A stretch of DNA of 64,000 nt from Entomortierella parvispora E1425 (taxonomy: Eukaryota; Fungi; Mortierellomycota), in contig BQFW01000014.1 of the NCBI GenBank assembly GCA_020891255.1, forward strand, positions 1,860,001 to 1,924,000. The letters run 5' to 3'. The position numbers and the translations under genes are program-made. This document shows positions 28,456 through 41,347 of the stretch, in pieces. Every line of letters starts with the position of its first letter. Within the stretch, counting starts at the first letter, position 1. Below the pieces are notes generated by a model, which did no database searches, was not told the DNA's origin, and saw nothing but the letters and a program-made list of their open reading frames with translations.

Positions 28456-29044
28456 AAGAGACAGATATATCGCCACGCTGATGACACCTGGATACGCCGG
28501 TCGCGGATTGTTGAAGGGAGAAGGAACATGCTTCTTTGACTGTGATGATGGAGTGACTGGATGCAAGAGTTAATATCGGAAAGTGATGTCTGAATGATCG
28601 GTGGTCATATTATCATGGACAGGTATGACAGGACAATAGCACTGCCGACAGCGTATACCACCTTAGGATCGGGTCTAGGAACATACAGGGGCTACAGACT
28701 TGGCTCTGTGATTTCAGATGGGATACCACATTTCGGCAATCAGATCGAGACACTCCACAGCAAGTCGATGAGAGTGAGATTGGGAAATCTCCACATTGGA
28801 AAGATGACTGCCAGGGTATCGACTTCAAAATACGAGAGTATAAAAATCCATAAACACTTTTCTACTGGGAAATCTCCCACTTTTTAATAATATTAGGTGC
28901 GTATATGTTTATATGATGTTGTTCCCTTCGTTCGTTCTTTCTCTCCATTTCAAGCTGCGGGTGGCCTCATGTGCTTCAGCGGATGCCCAAAAACTTGAAC
29001 AAAGTCCCTGAAGCCGCTGGTGAAGTCACTGCTTCTACTCCGGT

Positions 29045-31183
29045 TCACTTGCGACGGCTCAATGCCTTCCCGAAAGCAGCCTTAATGGCCTGCGCTGCCT
29101 TCTCAACCTCCTTCTTGTTGTGGGAAGCACAGATCGAGATGCGGATTGAGGGGCGAGGAAGATGAAGTTCCTGAGACTCGACATACTTGGCTCTGGTGAT
29201 CAACAATCCATCCTTGATAGCAGCCTCGTCCACAATCTCTTGCAAAAGCAACTTTTCATCATCCCGGCTCATCTGCTGAGAAGCAACCAAGGATGAAGGG
29301 AATCGAAGATGCAAAATGGGCGATCCGGCATCAGAGCTCAACTCGATCCATTGTGGCACGGCAGTCAAAATCACATTGCGGAACACGCTGGCGTTCTCAT
29401 GGAGCGTCTTCAACAATGATTCTCCTTGAGGGGTACTCAAGATCTTGATTGCCTCTGACGCGCAAACGGTGAGCATAGCAGGGATGGAAGCAGAGAATAC
29501 AAAGGCCTGGCCAGACAAGCGTTGGTGGTCAACCACCTCCTTGGGTCCAGCGCAGAATCCTCCGGCAGCAGAGAGGGTGTTGGCCATTGAGCCCACAATC
29601 ATGTCGATCTCCTTGGCAGGAATGTTAAAGACCTCAGTCAAACCACGTCCAGTCTTGCCCAAAAGTCCAAAGGAGTTGGACTCGTCCAAAATCACTCTGT
29701 ACTTGTACTTGTGCTTCAGCTCCATGATCTTGTCCAAAGGTGCAATATCGCCATAGTTCTGGAACAATCCTTCCGTAACAATGAAACGACGGGTCAGGGG
29801 TCTCTTCTTGTGCTGTACGCAGGTAAAGAATAAGAGGAGTCAGCAAAAAGCTTTTTCACACAGAGTTCGTGTGTGTAACGACCAGTAAGCAAAACATACT
29901 GCCTGTGTCTCCACGCGAATCGACTCCAAAACTCGCTCCAAATCTGCCATATCGTTATGCTTGAACCACTTAATGGTCGATCTGGAGATCTGAGTACCCT
30001 TCAAAACAGCAAAGCTGCAGCCATCATCGCTATGATCCATCCACGAAAATAAAAGAAAGTAAGTTTTCATGCTTCTCTACACAGATCGGGTGTGTCCCCG
30101 GTACAGAATGAGGTAAAAAAAAGTCCTTACGCGACAATAATATCTCCGCGCTTGGAGAAAGCAGAGACGACAGAGGCGATGGTTGAAAATCCCTGGGCAT
30201 AGATGATAGTAGACTCGACGCCCAAGAAGCGAGCAATATCCTTCTCCAGCTCGATGTGGACATCTAGAATGATAATAACAATCAAAGACCTTCACCCGTC
30301 AGTACTTGACTATGCGTAACCCGTGTTTAAGCGGTTCTACCGAAACGTGTCTTACCGAGTGTTCCATAGAAACCAGGGGGGCCGCAAGAACCCACTCCGT
30401 AGTTGTGGAGAGTCTCAATGGCTTTTTGCTATAGGTTAAGGCACGACAAGACACAGCGCAATGCAGAAAGGTAGAATGAGCGACAAACATCTCGTTAAAC
30501 CAAACGGACCGCTGCGCGATCAAAAAGCCTGAGCCCTGACAAAAGATTCCCCTCAGAAACGGTCCCGCTGGTGTTACCTTGATGTCTTCGTTCGTGATGT
30601 AGCCGAGGTAGTTGGCACTGGCCAAGTTCAGCAGTGTCTTGCCAGACGACAAGACCTTGGGCTTGGGTCCCTGGGCACTATAGAACAGGACAGGAAAAAG
30701 GTTCAGTTTCATGAATTGTGGATGGTCGCCATTTCCGCAAACGAGTCCATCGGGTCAACTTACCCGACAATGACCTGAGTCTTGTCCAGTTCCATGCGCT
30801 GGATATCCGACAGAGGCTGGACCAGAGGCTCAGGCTGCCATTCCGCCACAAGCTCATCGATTTCCTATCATGTTGAAAAAATAGATGCTGTCGGTAAGGA
30901 AGGAAGGATCCGGGGTAATCATGATGCCGATCGTCCGTCATCTAGCGCGAGTGACTACCTTCTCGGTCAACTGGACGTGGTTCTGGTCGATGCGGTACTT
31001 CTTTGACAGCATGTACTTGACAGCATAGATCGCCAAACCCAACTCGAGCACGACACGGAAGGGATCGTTCTGGTACGAGTTCTTGATGTAGTCGATCGCG
31101 ATCGCTGAGCCAGGCACAGTCTGGACAGCAGATGCGACGGTGGCAAAGGTCGTGTTGATGGCGGACAGGACAGGGTTGTCCAT
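29045..31183 (-). CDS. LCB1: Serine palmitoyltransferase subunit Lcb1/SPTLC1
   Basis: N-terminal anchor ([15 protein letters not shown]), [71 protein letters not shown]. It lacks the PLP-binding Lys, as expected for Lcb1. Confidence 0.93.
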
Positions 31184-31582
31184 GATGATGAGGGTGACGG
31201 TTGAAGGGGGGGGGGGGGGGACTCGATCAGATTCTAGACGGGGTGGTGAGGAAGCGCTGAGTCGTTGCAGCAAACAAGGAATAAAGAGGAAGGGAGGGAG
31301 GAACAGGAGGAAAGAGGAACGAGATGATGGTGAGATGAATATGGAACTTGGAAAGGGACAGTCGGTGTCGGTCAGTCCCGATCATGTGACTATCGATTTT
31401 TGCATCGCGCATGGAGTCGCAGTGCGTGAAAAAGCTGCCACGATCTGTGCCGCAATATCGGCACCAGGAGATTGCTGTTGCGTGCCTTAAGGACTTGAGG
31501 AGGAAACAGAGTGAACAGAAAGATGAGTTCTTTTTTATTGCTATCGATTTGAGAAGGGACGACATTGACGTGTCTGAAGATA

Positions 31583-34500
31583 CTATTCTTTCTTGCCCTT
31601 TCTTGCTCGTCGCGGAGTCTGCGGAGGCATCGCTTCCCCAGCCGCCCCGCCATTCTCTTCTTCATCCTCTTTCTTCTGCTGATCCTCAGACTGGCGTCGC
31701 CTCTTTGCTTTTTGGTTGGACTCCAAAGTCTCGATGGCGCGCGCAGATGCTTCAATCTTCTTCAACAGCTCCTTGCTCTCATCATCGTATCCTTGACCTC
31801 TCTTCCGCGAGCTCTTTTCCTGTCCTTCCTCCTCCTCTTCTTTTTTCTTTTCCTCAGTGCGCTCTCTGGACTTCCGCTGAGTCGCCTCTTTTCGGCGATC
31901 TCGAGCCGCAATCTTTTCCAACGCTCTCGAGATCTGGACAGAGACTGGAGGATGCTGCTCGCGCTTGTGACGTAACAGATCGTGGTTACGCTTGTACCTC
32001 TTGACCTCAAAGACCTGGGGCGGCATGCCTGGCATCAACGGCGGGAGACTCGGTCGAGGGTGGACACCGTCCTCGGAACACTCATCGCACCAGAATGGCT
32101 TGTCCTCAAAGTGGGAAACCAAGTGGGATTTGAGGAGACCTTGTGAGATAAAGCTTCGTGGACAGGACGGAAATGTACAAGGGATATCACCGCTGCTGCC
32201 GCCGTGGTCGTTGCTACCTTGCTGGCGGTCCATGGACTGATGCTGATTTGCGTGATCGCGACTTGTTCCGGCAGGATTGGCGTCAGCAACACTACCACCA
32301 GAGAAACCGGGAAGAGTATAGGTGCCTTTGATAAGAGCCTGGGCTCGAAGCACTTGGTTCTGCATCTCTCGAGTATACTCTTCGTGAAGTAGTGGCATCG
32401 AGCTGGTGCGGGAACTTGGTCCTACCACTGCAGCTGTGGGCAATTGGGCCGCCTTGGAGAGTTGGAACGACTGTCCTTGAGGTCGTTTATGGTTCTGGCG
32501 GCGGTTCTGCCCCTTGATCCCGGTCGCAATTCCAGATGATTTTCCCCTGACCTTCTCTCTACCCGACAGCACTTGATCGTGGGCCTTTCTTATACCAAGA
32601 CCTAAAGCTGCGCCGCTGCTTCTGGCAACAGCCTTTTCTGAGGCACGCCCTCGTTTGACTTGGCGACGACTACGACGAGGACCGGAACCTTTTTCGCTGT
32701 AATCGGAACTAGAGTCATCGGCCTCGCCACCACTCTCGGTGTCTTCCTGGCCGTATTCATGGACCGTTTTGAGCTGCTCTCCGGGGATTGAATGTGCCTC
32801 GGCCAGTCCCTCTATATCCACGTCATCCTTTTCAGGATCATCACTGTAGCCGAGACTTCGTCGACGCCCGTTTTCGTACAGCTCTGCAAGGGATCGCTTT
32901 GGTCGTCTGACCCTTACAGGTCCGCTGATTTCTCCATAATCTGCTCCTCGGGAATAGGCGGGGATCCTGGGCAGAGTCTTAGAAGCTAAGAGCGAGACCA
33001 AGGAAGTTGTAAAGAAGTTAATGTTCATCCCATGCATATCATATAAACAAAGAGCCAATCGACAGTCGACAACGTCGGCTAACAAGCCGTACCATGATTG
33101 GCAACATTCTCCTCCATCTTGACCTTAGGATTGTCTTGGTCGAGTTCAGGTGAGGCAGTGCGAGATTCGTCGCCCAATGACGAAGAAGAAGACGAGTACG
33201 AATCGTGGGGATGGGACGATGTCACAGCTGTCGAACTGGGCCGGTAAGCAGGGGCAGCAGGGGCTAAGGCATAAAATGTCATAGAAGATACAGTTAACAC
33301 CAATGGAACCATACCACGAAAACTCGTAAGACGTTTCTTTCATACACATACCACGATGACCCCCGTGGTGTTCTCCAGTGCCCTCAATGTCGTGAAGACT
33401 GACATGGAGTTCATGATAGACGCGCTGGACCTCGTAATTTTCGTGACCAAACGAATCCTCGGCTGAAATCGTAGACTCGTTTTCTGTCTCAGTGTCTCCT
33501 GTCGGATACCTCATGTCACCACTTTCGTCGCTAGTGCCGGCCTGACCCTGCAGAGGTTTGAGAAGAGACACACCGCCTGCCGTCAAGCTCCTCTCCGATG
33601 TACCAGATTGAGGGGTAGTGGAAGGCGAAGGGATCTGGGACGCAGAGAACTGAAGCGATGACGACTCTGCGCTTTCAGCTGTGATCTTTGTGAGCGTTTG
33701 AAGGATACGAGCCTGTGCAGCCAGCAAGGGCGAGTCGCTGAGTTTGATAGGGGCGACATCCCGGTCCTGATCGTCTTCGGGCGTCTCCATCTGCTTTTGT
33801 TTTTGCTTTTGTGCTGGCCTCCGTCTCTGTCTTGGAGCTGGCTTTGGAGGTGAGGATTTGTGTTTCTGTTCCCGAACTTGCCTCAGTCGCTCCGCGAGTT
33901 CTTCAGCCTTCATAGTCCTCACGTACTGAGTGCCAGATGCGGGTGTGTGGACCTCTAGATCTCTGTCCTGCTGTTCATCGCCTGTGGTCGCGGGAGATCC
34001 TTCGTAAGAGATAAACTGTGGATGGTGAGGTTGATCACCAAAGGTGATGGCTGCAGAGGGGTTCGAATCGGAGATCTGTTCGGCCGAGTAAGCCTGTTAG
34101 AATCAACAGTCTGTATAAAAAAGCCTCCTGGGTGATAAAGAACTGAATATATCACTTACCAAAACCCGAGAACCGAGCATGCGCTGATTGTGGTACTGAC
34201 ACGGATACCCATGGAAGGATGTTGTAAGCCCAGGTGAAGAGGTAGATGACACTGAGGACGACAGTGAGGAAGCAAGGGGTCCCAGAAAGGTTGTCTGCAA
34301 CTGCTGCTGATGCAGGGAGCTCATCAGCTGGGGATCTCGATGTCCGTTAATAGACATGGAGGCGGACAAGCTGTCGGTAAAATAATCCATTTGAGCTTGA
34401 CCCTGGTTGCTTTGAAAGACCTGCTGCGGCGGAAGTGGCGGCAGATACTGGTTCGCATTCAGAGACGCGTGCGGAACCATGGCGTGGAATGGCGCATCTG

Positions 34501-35494
34501 CAAGTGGGTGCGGATAAGGGAATGGAGGCAGGTGTCTGGGTTGCTGTTGCTGCTGCTGGTACTGATGGTGGTACTGCGCCTGACGACTCCAGAGTTCCTG
34601 ATGTTGCTGAACCATCTGTGGAGAGGATTGAGGAAACACCTGGGAGGAAGAGTAGGGATGTGGATGAGGATGTGGATGCGGATGTAGTGGATACGGCTGG
34701 GGTGCAAGTGGAGGGAAAGAAAGAAGGGTGCCAGCATGATGAGACGCTTGTTGAGGCAACTGATGGGGGAGCAGTTGAGGGTGTCGCGACAGCTGAGGCT
34801 TGTTTGTCGCTGTGTGTCCAAAGTCTGTGTGATTCACCATGTGGGCTTGATTTTGCTGATGCTGCTGTTGTTGGAGTCTCAAGATCGAAAGAGGGTGCAT
34901 CTGAGGATTCCGGCGGTACTGGGGCTGGACCTGAGGCTGGGCATGAGACTGGACATGAGGCAACAGTGTCTGCTGAGTAGGCTGTCTCTGCTGCGTCTGT
35001 AAATGTGGCCCATGCTGCTGAGAGTACAAAAGACCGGTGGGTGAGGTGGGCGAGAACCCTCCGTGTGGATCACAATGGTCACCAGGACCGTGACCAGCAC
35101 GGATAGGCGACGGCGACGTGGGGGAATACAGTGGTCCGGAAAAAGAGTGGATGTCCGCACTCACCGAATCTGTGGCAGATGTCAAGGACACTTGTCGGAC
35201 AATGGTCTGCACTTCCGAAGAAGACAACGAGGTACCAACCAAAGAGGCATTTGTTCCCTCAGGATGAAGAGTTCCCAATGGCTGTGATTGTTCTTGACAA
35301 TCGGATGTCGGCGCCATTGAGGAGATGGACAATGTGCTGACGGTGAGAGTTCTCTTCAAAGCTTGCGTGGTGGGAACGGTGGTAGGAGAAGCCAAGGACA
35401 TGGCGGATTCGGTTTCGACAGAGGAGGGAAGGGTGACTGCCTGGGTATCCACAGGGCTCTGGTCACTAGCCTGAAGGATCGAGTCACTATTCAT
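31583..35494 (-). CDS. Large C2H2 zinc-finger transcription factor with Q/H/P-rich low-complexity N-terminus; 4 exons
   Basis: Exons 35494-34160, 34093-33352, ~33263-33092 and ~32987-31583 splice in frame. Fingers: CTFPSCPRSFISQGLLKSHLVSH, and FWCDEC...KRNHDLLRHKREQH with an insertion. Confidence 0.75.
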
Positions 35495-36884
35495 TGGTCG
35501 TCATTGACCCGAAGTAGATAAAACGAAAAGTGAATATCTGTGATGGCGGAAACGTGTCGCGATTTATCTATTCAGTCCAATTGTCACGTCTTGTCTTACG
35601 CTGGAGGTTCGATGGTGGAAGTTAAGCTTGGCAAGAAAAAGGTGCTGAGGTTTGAATCGCAAGAGTCAAAGTCAACGCGATCCATGTTGTCCAGATCAAA
35701 CAAAGTAAGGTCGATTGGAGCGGGGTCCGCCATTGGGTTCACGGTGCGTCGTAATGTCAGTAGAGCAAATGTGGATGTAAGATGAGAGACACTGGTTAGA
35801 GACTTTTCTAAATTCAGTAGTGAAGAGAAGATGGTATGAAGGGTGGAAATGAGAGGGTACAGAGGAGGGTGGAGAACGAGGGAAAGGGGGAGGATCCAAG
35901 AGTGCTAGAACAGTGTACATTATATAGTCCCCAGCAAACTGTCGCCACAAGTCTCAATAATTATCCTCGCATGGTTGCTCGCGAGTTGATTGCCGCACCA
36001 CGAACCCAGGCGTCCATAGAGACAAATGAACAGGTAATAAATCAGCAACGGCACAAGTGACAATGAACGACAATCGGTCGCTCCAAATGATGCTGAAAGA
36101 GCGACTATATCCCTGCTTTTCTTGCCTCTCCCAAATTAGTACCACAGGCAAAGTGGGAAAAACAAGCCTTGGGCGGTTTGTGGATTGTTCCTGAAAGGAG
36201 ATTTGACGCCTTGGAAAACACGGCTTGTTCTGCATTTGGATCTTTGCGCTCACTCAGACATTATCCAAGGAAGATAAAGCTGCATTCGTAGGTCCCGCCT
36301 AGGTTTTCCCACCACTCCGCCCTCCAATCACGCAAAAAAATATGCGCCCACTTTTGCAAAAGTCAACCGCACCAGAAACAACTACTGTAATAAGATACCA
36401 TGCTCGGTGATGGAATAAATAATGGTGCTTTTGCGAGCCCTTGTGCCTTACCGATATTGCTCTGTCTGAGCTTGCCTCGCGAAAGAAAGGTCTTTGATAA
36501 GAATGACTTGTAGAAGTATGCTGTGGTGGAGAAAACGGGTGATTTGATTTAGGGCAAATGGGTGTATGTGGACGACTCTGTGGTAAAGGAGGAGACTCAC
36601 GGATGTGAGGAAAGGTGCGGTGGAGAAAAAAGAGAGAGAAGGAGAGAAAAAGAAAGAAAGCGATGGGGAACCACGCCCTTTCTCAGTGGTTGAGGGTGGC
36701 GAAAAAGGAGGGCAGACACGTCGAGCATCCAACTCGAGACCCCAGCGCACAGCCATTATCCTCGAGATTGGTGGCAAAATCGTGACTGTGATTTATCGTG
36801 GCTTGTGTGTACGGTTGCCTCTCGGTGTGTGCACAGTCTGCGCACAAGACAAAGCGCGGTTCTTTTTGTCTCGTCTCGACTCGC

Positions 36885-36929
36885 CTTTTGTCCTTTTGTC
36901 CTTTGTCCTTTTGTCCTTTGTCCTTTGTC
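36885..36929. repeat. (CTTTGTC)n 7-8-bp minisatellite in the GPN1 upstream/5'-UTR region
   Basis: About six tandem copies of C(T)TTTGTC are visible directly. Confidence 0.85.
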
Positions 36930-36970
36930 TCCACTACGAACAACCGCCCACGCTCGCTCCTTCACCGACA

Positions 36971-38396
36971 ATGTCTGCCCCTGCACCCTCCACAACTGCT
37001 GCCCCTGCCGCTGCTGCAGGTGACAAGCGTCCTCCCGTCATTCTCTGCATTGGCATGGCTGGCTCTGGAAAGACAACCTTCATGCAGGTACAGCCAACAA
37101 CTGACACCCCAGGCATGCAAACATCCTCCCAGACGCACTATGAATCGTGAACTAATGCAGGAAATCACAAAACAATCCTTATAGCGTCTGAATGCTCATT
37201 TACATGCCAAGAAGCAGCCTCCATATATCCTCAACTTGGACCCTGCTGTTGGTCAACTTCCTTTTGCCGCCAATATTGATATCAGAGATACCGTCAACTA
37301 CAAGGAGGTCATGAAGCAGTATGTGTCAGCCAGGATGCGCGAGGATTGTCGGTCATAGCGATTCATTCTTTTTGGAGGGCATGTTGTTAACAGTATCAAC
37401 AAACATTCTCTTCGATAGATACAACCTCGGACCCAACGGAGGTATTCTTACAGCATTGAACCTGTTCACCACCAAGTTTGACCAGGTCCTTGGATTCGTA
37501 GAGAAGCGAGCACCCACCCTGGAGTAAGACTTTATATTTGAATTGGATGCGTTGGCTAAACAAGGATCAAATGGACTTACCTCTTTTTCGTTCCGATCCA
37601 TAGCTACATCCTCGTTGATACTCCTGGACAGATCGAGATTTTCACATGGTCAGCATCAGGATCCATCATCACAGACACACTTGCAGCCACATATCCCACC
37701 ATGATTGCCTACATTATCGACACACCCCGTACCGCCGCCCCAGCTACTTTCATGAGTAACATGCTCTACGCCTGCAGTATCCTCTACAAAACCAAGGTGC
37801 CTTTCATTTTGGTTTTCAACAAGACCGATGTGAAATCCCACGACTTTGCTCTGGAATGGATGACAGACTTTGAGGTTTTCCAGGAGGCATTGAGGAAAGA
37901 TTCATCCTACATGAGCTCCCTGATGACCTCGATGTGTTTGGCATTGGATGAATTCTATGCTCATCTCAAGGTCGTCGGTGTGAGTGCAGTAACAGGCGCG
38001 GGAATGGACGACTTCTTGAAAGCTGTAGATGAAGCTGTGGTGGAATACGATCAGGATTACAAACCAGAACTGGAGAGGCTCTTGGAGGAAAGACGTCAGA
38101 AGAAGGAGGCCGAGAAGGAGGAGCAAATGGCGCGCTTGATGAAGGATATGGCTATGGACGAGAAAGGAAGGGAAGTCAAGTTTGGAGCTGGATCTCACAA
38201 GGGCAAAGGCAAGGCTGTCTCAATGGAGGATGACGAAGAAGAAGACGAGGACAGCGACCGTGAGCCTTCATACAGGGACGACTCTGACTCTGATGGTGTT
38301 GATATGGACGCTTTCGCTGCAGAGGAAGAAGAGAGACGCGACAGACTTGAGGAGGAATCTCTGAAGCGCTACCTTTCTGGTCAACGTCTTGAATAG
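36971..38396 (+). CDS. GPN1: GPN-loop GTPase Gpn1/Npa3
   Basis: P-loop [15 protein letters not shown], the GPNGGI loop ([16 protein letters not shown]), DTPGQIE, FNKTDV and an acidic C-terminal tail. Confidence 0.97.
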
Positions 38397-38569
38397 GTTT
38401 GCACTTTCAAGCACGACTTTCATTCTCATTAAATAAAACCAGAAAAAAAAAATCGCGGCTTCTCTTTACTTTTGATGTCACAATATTGTCAAGTAGAGGC
38501 CGTTCTGTATCTCTTTATTACAGGTCGCAGGTAAATACTTTTTTTTTTGAGATTTAATCTGGGTGCCAA

Positions 38570-41347
38570 CTACATGAAGATTGCTCTACGGCCATGCCAG
38601 TCCTCCTGTCGATAGGCTCCGATCATGGCTGCAGAACTGACACGAACGCCGATCATGGCTTGGGCCTTTGCCATGAACAATTGCTCAATCATCTGGGCAC
38701 CAAAAAAACCGAGGACACGACGCGAGCCCATAGCTTGGTGGTCCAAAACATGCCATCCCATTGCCCTGAACTCGTTCAGCTCTCTTTGATGCTCCTCGCG
38801 GTCGGCCATGTAGGCAGTGCCCTCTTGCAGGCGCTGACCATTGTTCACGCCGCCGTCCTCGTCTTCAAAAAGCGTGGTCTCTCCGGACAACTCTTCTCCG
38901 GAGGATGAAAGGAGATTCGAGGATGAGTAGGAGGAGGTCGTTGATGAGGACGCTGTGGATGAGGAAGAGACGATCACATAGACAGGTAGTCCTTGCAACT
39001 GAGGATTGTGGACCTGAGCTGTGTGTAGCTTCAAAGCGAGCTCCTGAGCCGTCGGGAGACAGGACGAGAGCGACGACGAAATTTGGTGTTGTTGAAACAA
39101 ACGCCTTTGGTATGGAAAGTGCAACTGGCAATAGTTTGCAAACTCTGGACCTCGGACAACATGAATGGCAATGTAGGAGCCCAGAGCGGGGACGGCGCCA
39201 TGATCACTATTAATGCGGTGGTCGGTATAGTATCCGTTGTTCAAATGGTTGTTGCTGTGGGTGTGTTCATAAAAGTCATCACGGTTGTTGTTACTAACGT
39301 CGTTATGGCTGGCACCTGTGTTCACCGGCCTGGTCCTGTCTATCGTCACTGCCATATCTTGGTGGTCTGCATGTTCGTTGTAAGGATAGATCATTGCTCG
39401 GGAGGGGCGATCAGTCAAGTCGTCGTGCTCGCCTCCTGCCTGCTCATTCACATATTTTCGCTGAGCCTGCATCTGCTCCTGCCATGATCGCAACTCTGCT
39501 GTAGAGGAAGAAGAGGAAGGAATGCCGTCGTATCCATTATTCAGTGCTTGGACCAGCTCAACAAAGAATTTTTGAACCCGAGGTTTAAAATACAGGTAAC
39601 GACCAAAGAGATCCCAATCCTCCCTCTCAGGAACCTCCACCTTGAAAGCGTTCGTGATGCACACGAGTGAGGGCTCGTTCTCTTCTTGGACTCTGAGACT
39701 TTGAACAAGGCCATTGAATCCTGTCAAAGGGGTACCCTCGGCCAAGGTCGAATCCAATGTGAGGTCGAACTTCCATTCCCGAAGAAACGTTTTTGCTGTG
39801 TTGTCCAAAGGATGGGTCGCTCCGACGTCGCAAGTAACATGGCAACGAAGACCCTCGCTGGGATGAGAGATATCTCGAAGATCCTGGAGCTCTATTACTT
39901 TGGCGCCGGTGAGTTGCATGAAGGTATCAAGATCAAAGAAGTCGGACCAAGGTTGGCTATCGCGCGAAGGCGAGTCTTCCAACCTGGAGGCCGTGATGGG
40001 TGGCAAGATCAAGGTCCGGCCGAGAGACTTAGCCAGCATCACAGCACGCAACATGCCATAGAATTGAAAGTTGAGGCCTCCAGAGGGCAAGTAGACCATG
40101 TACTTTGTCGAGGGGTCGAGACGTGACCTTAGAGAGATCCCTACGGTGGAGGGCTGGGGCTGTTGAGGGTGGCTCCCGAATGGTCGATTCCGAAACGGCA
40201 CCACGTAATCCTCCTCGAGTTCTAAAAAATCTTCCTCCGAGAGCGACTCGGAGCTGCTCTCGTTCCAAATATCCACAAGGGCCTCGTCCTGTTGTGCGGC
40301 CTCTTCGTCCCAGGAGGATTCTGAAGGGTCCACATCTGAGCCGTACTTCTGTGAATCCTCATCCAGGGTCTCATCACCACTATCTTCGGCTGCGGCCACA
40401 ACTTTTTCAATTTGCTCATTGTCATCATCCATGATGAGCATCATCAACGCAGAGTCTGCGTTGATCTCTTTCCCTGCAGCGTTTCTTCGATCCTCGCCCT
40501 CCTCTTGATCCTCCATGTTGTCGTCTCCAGCGTTCTCATCGTCACTGCCTTGATCATCGTTTCTATCCACATCGTTGTCCTCGTCGAAATAGCCCTCCGA
40601 TCGACCATCATCAGAGTCGTCCTCGTCCTCGTATTCATCGTCTTCTCTGTATTCTTCCTCGCCCTCGCTGTCGTCCATGGAGGAAGGCTGAAGGGTATCG
40701 CCATGACGGGCTCCATGAAAAAATCTCCAAGGATCTCCGCGACTGGATGGATTAGGGTGATTCCCGGACGTGCCCGCAAAGAGGCCCTTGCCCCCGAATG
40801 GCAGTGAAGAGGTGATCCCTTGTCCTTGCTGTCTTTGTCCTGCAGAGAACTTTGAGGCTTGATCCGTAACAGAGCGTTTACAATAGCCAGTCGAGATGTT
40901 GCAACCAGAGTAATGATAGAGCACCATTGTCAATGATGAAAATGAAAAGAGGACGGAGAGGAGAAGGAAGATCTGGCGGTTTCGCTTTGCGCCCTGCCGC
41001 TGATTCACTGATGGATGCCAATGCACCTGCCTCTTTTTTGGAGATGTGGCTGACTTGAGCGATGTTGGAGAAGAAACAAGGATCGACGACGAGGATATTG
41101 ATGACCGTGATGTGGGCGAAGGCAAAGGCAAAGGTGAGGAGCCATTCAGGGAAGAGTTGTCATGCATGTTGATGATGTGTGTTGAGATTCTCATGTTCTG
41201 ACTCGGGGGGTGGTGATGGCTGTGATGGTAGTATGGCGGAGGAGATGGCCTACGGGTTGGGTAGAGCGCATGTTCTTCTGGAGACGAGTCATCGTCGGTG
41301 ATTGTTGAGTGAGGATACGAACGGGCCTGGGAGTAAAGGTGGGCCAT
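38570..41347 (-). CDS. O-fucosyltransferase-family (GT-B) type II membrane protein; intronless
   Basis: Likely ATG at 41347 (MAHLYSQARS). TM segment IFLLLSVLFSFSSLTMVLY, acidic stem, then YLPSGGLNFQ...LAKSLGRTLILPP...WSDFFDL, YIAIHVVRG and EQLFMAKAQAMIG. Confidence 0.75.
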   Translation of the reverse strand: MAHLYSQARSYPHSTITDDDSSPEEHALYPTRRPSPPPYYHHSHHHPPSQNMRISTHIINMHDNSSLNGSSPLPLPSPTSRSSISSSSILVSSPTSLKSATSPKKRQVHWHPSVNQRQGAKRNRQIFLLLSVLFSFSSLTMVLYHYSGCNISTGYCKRSVTDQASKFSAGQRQQGQGITSSLPFGGKGLFAGTSGNHPNPSSRGDPWRFFHGARHGDTLQPSSMDDSEGEEEYREDDEYEDEDDSDDGRSEGYFDEDNDVDRNDDQGSDDENAGDDNMEDQEEGEDRRNAAGKEINADSALMMLIMDDDNEQIEKVVAAAEDSGDETLDEDSQKYGSDVDPSESSWDEEAAQQDEALVDIWNESSSESLSEEDFLELEEDYVVPFRNRPFGSHPQQPQPSTVGISLRSRLDPSTKYMVYLPSGGLNFQFYGMLRAVMLAKSLGRTLILPPITASRLEDSPSRDSQPWSDFFDLDTFMQLTGAKVIELQDLRDISHPSEGLRCHVTCDVGATHPLDNTAKTFLREWKFDLTLDSTLAEGTPLTGFNGLVQSLRVQEENEPSLVCITNAFKVEVPEREDWDLFGRYLYFKPRVQKFFVELVQALNNGYDGIPSSSSSTAELRSWQEQMQAQRKYVNEQAGGEHDDLTDRPSRAMIYPYNEHADHQDMAVTIDRTRPVNTGASHNDVSNNNRDDFYEHTHSNNHLNNGYYTDHRINSDHGAVPALGSYIAIHVVRGPEFANYCQLHFPYQRRLFQQHQISSSLSSCLPTAQELALKLHTAQVHNPQLQGLPVYVIVSSSSTASSSTTSSYSSSNLLSSSGEELSGETTLFEDEDGGVNNGQRLQEGTAYMADREEHQRELNEFRAMGWHVLDHQAMGSRRVLGFFGAQMIEQLFMAKAQAMIGVRVSSAAMIGAYRQEDWHGRRAIFM

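Noticed and set aside
28594-28887. 97-aa + strand ORF after the small membrane-protein candidate
   Set aside because: No motifs and no in-phase splice connection found.
34060-34075. GGTTCGAATC, a tRNA T-loop-like motif (also GGTTCGAT near 35606)
   Set aside because: No cloverleaf or acceptor stem. The first lies inside a coding exon of the C2H2 gene.
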